Source of the DNA: a virus
Strand: one strand, 5' to 3'
Virus record (IMG/VR): IMGVR_UViG_3300006793_000015
Coordinates: 50,470-114,469 of that record
Length of the DNA stretch: 64,000 bases
Shown piece after piece: positions 59,659 to 64,000 of this stretch; positions within the stretch are counted from its first letter, which is position 1; each line of letters begins with the position of its first letter. The translations under genes and the position numbers were made by a program. Below the pieces are notes generated by a model that was not told where the DNA came from, searched no databases, and saw nothing but the letters and a program-made list of their open reading frames with translations.

Positions 59659-60726
59659 ATGGACACAAAATATAATTTAAATATTACAACATCTGGAGAA
59701 GGCGGCGATAATGCCACAACATCAATCACTACTACAGATGCTAATAAACTAGCAGATTTATTAAAACTAGCAGGTATGTCACAAGCACATCCTGTAGCAC
59801 TAAACGTAAGCCCAGACGAAGAGCACGACATGCCCTGCTCAACTTGTGGAGAATCTCCATGTGGTTGCGGTATGAGTGAAGGCGAAAGTTGGGACAATGA
59901 GCCAGAAACATTTATTCACTCACCAGAAGAAGTTTTTAAAGTAGGTGATGACTTACATAAGGTAAAGAAAAGCCATGCACCAGTTGCTGGCGGCGATAAT
60001 CCAATGGCATTGGAATCTGTAGAAGATAAACTACGTGGTATGTACTCAGAATATATTGCTGAGCATCATGAAAAAGATGAAGATGGTAACGTCATTGAAC
60101 ACCCAATTAAAAAAGAAGATGACCAGGTAGATGAGGCAATTAGGTTCGTACCTCGCAGTAAAGCTGAAAAATTTGATTTGATGATGAAAAGACGTTCCTC
60201 TGAAAAAGAAGAAAGAGCAATTAATACAGAAAAGTCCAAAAGAGATACTGCAAAATCTGCAGGATATGATGCAGTCGTTGCTGGTAAAGACATCGGCGGC
60301 ATTGCAAAAGAAGAAACGGAAACAAATACGGATATAAACGATATTAGAAAACTTGCTGGTCTTAAAGAACAACCAGAACTACCAAGAATGACCAATGATC
60401 AATATAAAGAGCTTGCTGGTCATATTGATCAAATTGACCCGACTTATGCTGATTATGAAACAAGTTTTACTTTGGGCAATTTATATTCTGCATTAAATGA
60501 TGGTTATTACGGCGAAATCACCGATAAAGAGGATGGAGAGTTTAACGCCTTAGTTAATGAATATAATGATTTAATTGTAAAGGCAGCAAAACAGCAAGGC
60601 GTAAAAGTACCAACTAATTTCGATTACGATGGTGTTAATATTCCAAATGATATCCAACGTGAGATGGAAACTGTTATAGCTAAAATGAAGGCAGTATTTA
60701 TTGACAAGCGGTCGTGGACAGTTTAG
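59659..60726 (+). CDS. Putative head/core protein with two KLAG(L/M) motifs and a C-terminal appended domain
   Basis: LLKLAGM and IRKLAGL; acidic; GGDNPMALE. Confidence 0.55.
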   Translation: MDTKYNLNITTSGEGGDNATTSITTTDANKLADLLKLAGMSQAHPVALNVSPDEEHDMPCSTCGESPCGCGMSEGESWDNEPETFIHSPEEVFKVGDDLHKVKKSHAPVAGGDNPMALESVEDKLRGMYSEYIAEHHEKDEDGNVIEHPIKKEDDQVDEAIRFVPRSKAEKFDLMMKRRSSEKEERAINTEKSKRDTAKSAGYDAVVAGKDIGGIAKEETETNTDINDIRKLAGLKEQPELPRMTNDQYKELAGHIDQIDPTYADYETSFTLGNLYSALNDGYYGEITDKEDGEFNALVNEYNDLIVKAAKQQGVKVPTNFDYDGVNIPNDIQREMETVIAKMKAVFIDKRSWTV

Positions 60727-60747
60727 AAAGTAATAAGAAACATAATA

Positions 60748-60900
60748 ATGCTTATTTCCGAAATACTTCTCGAAAAAGCACCTCCGGGTAGAGAGAAGCA
60801 AGTTAAGAAGTTAAAAGATAAAATGTGTGGCGGGAAGGACGACTGTCCCGCCGCATACGCTATTTCTTGGTCACAGCATAACAAAAAGAAAAAGAAATAG
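60748..60900 (+). CDS. Small basic protein (50 aa), internal-protein-like
   Basis: Below the track cutoff: MLISEILLEKAPPGREKQVKKLKDKMCGGKDDCPAAYAISWSQHNKKKKK. Confidence 0.6.
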   Translation: MLISEILLEKAPPGREKQVKKLKDKMCGGKDDCPAAYAISWSQHNKKKKK

Positions 60901-60926
60901 CCCTCCATAAACCGTTAAATACAGTT

Positions 60927-62504
60927 ATGTCCTCACTTGACGGAAACTTAGTAAAAAAAGCACACACCAAAGAATCATACACAGATGAGCAACTCTTAGA
61001 ACTTGCTAAATGTGCTGATCCTGACACTGGTCCTGCTTATTTTTTAGAAAACTATTTTTGGATTCAACACCCACGCAGAGGTAGAATACAATACCATGCG
61101 TATGAATATCAAAAACGTTTACTGGAAAGTTACCACACTCACAGATTTAGCGTTAACTTGATGCCACGGCAAACAGGTAAAACTACTACTGCGGCAGGAT
61201 ACTTGTTATGGTATACTATGTTTGTTCCAGACAGTACAATACTTGTTGCGGCGCACAAGTATGCCGGTTCACAAGAAATTATGCAACGTATACGATATTC
61301 ATACGAAGATGTACCTGATTTTATTCGGCCTGGCGTTTACTCATACAATAAAGGTAGCATAGACTTTGATAATGGTAGTAGAATTGTCAGCACAACTACT
61401 ACAGAAAATACAGGGCGTGGTTTGTCCATCTCACTATTATACTTAGACGAGTTTGCGTTTGTAAAGCCTAACATTGCGAAAGAATTTTGGACATCCATAT
61501 CTCCAACACTAGCAACTGGTGGTGGCGCTATTATTACCTCAACACCAAACAGTGATGAGGATCAGTTTGCTATGATATGGAGAGAAGCAAATAAAACAAT
61601 AGACGAACATGGCAACCAAACAGATTTAGGTCGTAATGGATTTTTTGCGTTTAGAGCATATTGGAATGAACATCCAGATCGTGATGAAAAATGGAGACAA
61701 GAAGAACTTGGACGTATTGGCGCAGAACGCTTTGCCCGCGAGCATGAATGTGAGTTTGTTATTAATGACGAGACACTTATTGATTCAAGAGTTTTAGCAT
61801 CACTACGCCCAAAAGACGTTTTACAAAACCAAGGACAAGTTAGATGGTATAGCAAACCACAAAAAGGACACAATTATTTAATAGCATTAGATCCAAGTTT
61901 AGGAACAGGTGGTGATAACGCCGCCATACAAGTGTTTGAAATACCCACGATGAAACAAGTAGCAGAGTGGATGCATAATAAAACGCCAGTCCAAGGGCAA
62001 ATAAAAATATTAAGAGATATCACACATTACATTTCAGAAGAAATAGGTGCAAAGAATTTAGATGTTCCGCAAATATGGTTTAGTATTGAGAACAATACAC
62101 TGGGTGAAGCCGCACTTGTGGTTATAGACGACTTAGGCGAGGAACAATTTAATGGCGTGTTTCTGTCTGAAACTAAAAAGCACGGAAATGCTAGAAGGTT
62201 TAGAAAAGGATTTAATACCACACATAAGTCAAAATTGCTATCTTGTAGTAGATTAAAGAATCTAATCGAAACAGACAAGATAGAGATTCGCAGTAAAAAT
62301 TTAATATCAGAACTAAAAACATATATAGCGAGAGGGCAAAGTTATGCCGCAAAAGATGGCGAAACAGACGATTTAGTAGCCGCAACACTATTAATAATAC
62401 GAATGAGTTATGAAGTAAGGCAATGGGATACTGGATTATTTGACAGACTAAAAGACGATATAGATTCTGAACAAGATATGCCAATGCCATTTATCATGCT
62501 TTAA
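60927..62504 (+). CDS. gp17: Terminase large subunit, gp17-like
   Basis: YQ motif, Walker A PRQTGKTT, Walker B LLYLDEFAF, ITSTPN, RNase-H domain LDPSLGTGGD, DDLV. Confidence 0.95.
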   Translation: MSSLDGNLVKKAHTKESYTDEQLLELAKCADPDTGPAYFLENYFWIQHPRRGRIQYHAYEYQKRLLESYHTHRFSVNLMPRQTGKTTTAAGYLLWYTMFVPDSTILVAAHKYAGSQEIMQRIRYSYEDVPDFIRPGVYSYNKGSIDFDNGSRIVSTTTTENTGRGLSISLLYLDEFAFVKPNIAKEFWTSISPTLATGGGAIITSTPNSDEDQFAMIWREANKTIDEHGNQTDLGRNGFFAFRAYWNEHPDRDEKWRQEELGRIGAERFAREHECEFVINDETLIDSRVLASLRPKDVLQNQGQVRWYSKPQKGHNYLIALDPSLGTGGDNAAIQVFEIPTMKQVAEWMHNKTPVQGQIKILRDITHYISEEIGAKNLDVPQIWFSIENNTLGEAALVVIDDLGEEQFNGVFLSETKKHGNARRFRKGFNTTHKSKLLSCSRLKNLIETDKIEIRSKNLISELKTYIARGQSYAAKDGETDDLVAATLLIIRMSYEVRQWDTGLFDRLKDDIDSEQDMPMPFIML

Positions 62505-62518
62505 GTATAAATACTACA

Positions 62519-63889
62519 ATGGAAAATATAGAACAAGTTTCAGAAGAACTATTTGATAAACTACGATCAGTGTATTCGACATTGTCGATTGGTGACGCAA
62601 GTGCTACGAAAACACTTGAGCCTAAGGACGCACGTTTCTTTGATTTTGTATATGAAGACAAGGACGGAAACGAGGCAGGCACAGTTACTATTAGTTTAGT
62701 AGATGATAAGTTCAAAGTTTACTATAGTAATGATTTAGTAAACAACTTGGGAGAAAACAAGACAGGTTGGTACAATTTTTTACGTGAAATGAGACAGTTC
62801 TCAAAACGTAGAATGATGACATTTGATGTAAGAGATATTAATAAATCCAACTTAGAAAGAAAAGATTTTGAATTTTTACGTAACCAGCAAAAAGAGTTTA
62901 AGGATAGTGATATGAACGAGTCAAAAATGTACGGTAGCATTAAAAGTAGTTACCAAGATCTAGGCGAAACAGCAAAGATTATTGTAAGACACAAACGCCC
63001 AGTAGATGAAGAAGTAAGGGGATCACGTAGCAGAAACATCAGCAAAATATTTGTTGAAACTTCAAGCGGTGAAAGAACATTACTACCATTTAAAAACTTA
63101 CTAGGTGCAAGAGCAATTGCTAGACACATTAGTGAAGGTGGCAACTTATATGACGATATTGGTCAACACATTGTTGAAAATGTAAACCATTTAGGCCAGT
63201 TAAAAAACTTTGTAGCATACAGTAGACGTAATAACTTAGTAAATGAAAACACATCAGACATTGTAGAAAGTGTGCGTGATGCTTATAACAGTATTAGAAA
63301 TAACTTAACACGCATGTCAACAGTACGTGGATACGGATCATTTGCTGAAAGTTTTGAAGCAACATCAGAAACATTATCTGAAGATGATTTAGACGAAATG
63401 AGAGACTTCTTCACAGTTAAGAAGCAAGACGACGGTGTATTTGAATCACTTCCACTTATTAATAGCATTTACAAAACTGCCATGGAAAACAAAACAAACA
63501 AACTAAACCAAGTTAGAGAGTTTATTGAAAGCGGTGAACTAGTACTGGAGAGTTCAGTTGATACAGACCAATTTGCTCGCTCAGTACAACACAGTGATAC
63601 GAGAGGTTTGGTAAGTGCCGCTCTAGAAGATATTAGCAATCGCATTGTTGATAACGATATTGTTAGAGAGTTTGCACATAAGTTTGCTGGCGCAGAACTT
63701 TCCGAATCAGAGGAAAGTACATTAGCAGTACAACTAGCAAAAAAATATGTAAGCGACTTAGGCCGTATTAACGAAGATGAAGAATACGCCCAACGTGTAA
63801 GACATACTCGTGCAGTAGAAGGCAAGTCATTCAAAGACGAAACAGATCTTGTGGAAGAGTGGGCAGACGAGATTACACAAGGCTACTAA
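62519..63889 (+). CDS. Hypothetical late protein downstream of the terminase
   Basis: 456 aa; TATAAATA-N5-ATG; several (L/V/M)xE-(S/N) sites resembling gp21 cleavage sites. Confidence 0.7.
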   Translation: MENIEQVSEELFDKLRSVYSTLSIGDASATKTLEPKDARFFDFVYEDKDGNEAGTVTISLVDDKFKVYYSNDLVNNLGENKTGWYNFLREMRQFSKRRMMTFDVRDINKSNLERKDFEFLRNQQKEFKDSDMNESKMYGSIKSSYQDLGETAKIIVRHKRPVDEEVRGSRSRNISKIFVETSSGERTLLPFKNLLGARAIARHISEGGNLYDDIGQHIVENVNHLGQLKNFVAYSRRNNLVNENTSDIVESVRDAYNSIRNNLTRMSTVRGYGSFAESFEATSETLSEDDLDEMRDFFTVKKQDDGVFESLPLINSIYKTAMENKTNKLNQVREFIESGELVLESSVDTDQFARSVQHSDTRGLVSAALEDISNRIVDNDIVREFAHKFAGAELSESEESTLAVQLAKKYVSDLGRINEDEEYAQRVRHTRAVEGKSFKDETDLVEEWADEITQGY

Positions 63890-63890
63890 A

Positions 63891-64000
63891 ATGCTTTTAG
63901 AAGAACTTTTTCAAGAAGGCTTTAGCAAACTTAATCTTTTTAAAGGTGATATGAAAAAGAGGAGGTTTAAAGAGCCTATATCTAATAAAGACCAGGTCAA
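63891..64000 (+). CDS. Partial ORF running off the window (MLLEELFQEG...)
   Basis: ATG right after the previous stop; N-terminus resembles those of ORFs 23048 and 60748. Confidence 0.55.
   Translation, partial: MLLEELFQEGFSKLNLFKGDMKKRRFKEPISNKDQV

Noticed and set aside
60927-62504. Intein or intron in the terminase, portal or capsid genes
   Set aside because: Lengths and motif spacing are continuous; no intein-like insertion or split reading frame is seen.
1-64000. Alternative genetic code (stop-codon reassignment, seen in some large phages)
   Set aside because: Core genes are full length in the standard code, and TAG and TGA both end genes at sensible positions (e.g. gp55 TGA, sheath TAG).

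Overview
This window is the virion-morphogenesis region of a large, AT-rich T4-related myovirus (jumbo-phage-like gene set), read in the standard genetic code. Gene order: minus-strand baseplate operon (giant protein truncated at the window edge, gp6-, gp25-, gp5-, hub-, gp53- and gp48/54-like); an early/middle block behind sigma70-type promoters (gp55 late sigma, gp47/gp46 nuclease, Hc1-like basic protein, PD-(D/E)xK resolvase); a ~430-nt hairpin-dense non-coding region; an Arg/Leu-tRNA-protein-transferase-like gene; a gp26-like chaperone with an apparent -1 programmed frameshift, divergent from a tape-measure-like gene; the head module (portal, core proteins, protease, scaffold, major capsid); modular fibre/decoration proteins; neck, sheath and tube genes; a four-gene radical-SAM island; and the terminase. 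Most notable: (1) a gene that copied the upstream signals and first 60 codons of a prohead core gene and joins them, through a protease-type site, to a PcfJ-like domain, suggesting a reusable capsid-targeting/cargo system (recurring KLAGL/M and M-x-L-x-E motifs fit this); (2) nine genes with an exact TAA(A/G)TA-N5-ATG layout, suggesting leaderless late mRNAs; (3) the frameshifted chaperone; (4) a candidate large structured ncRNA or origin; (5) a phage N-degron transferase. All family assignments come from motif recognition and synteny by eye, not database searches. No tRNA, rRNA or CRISPR array was seen.
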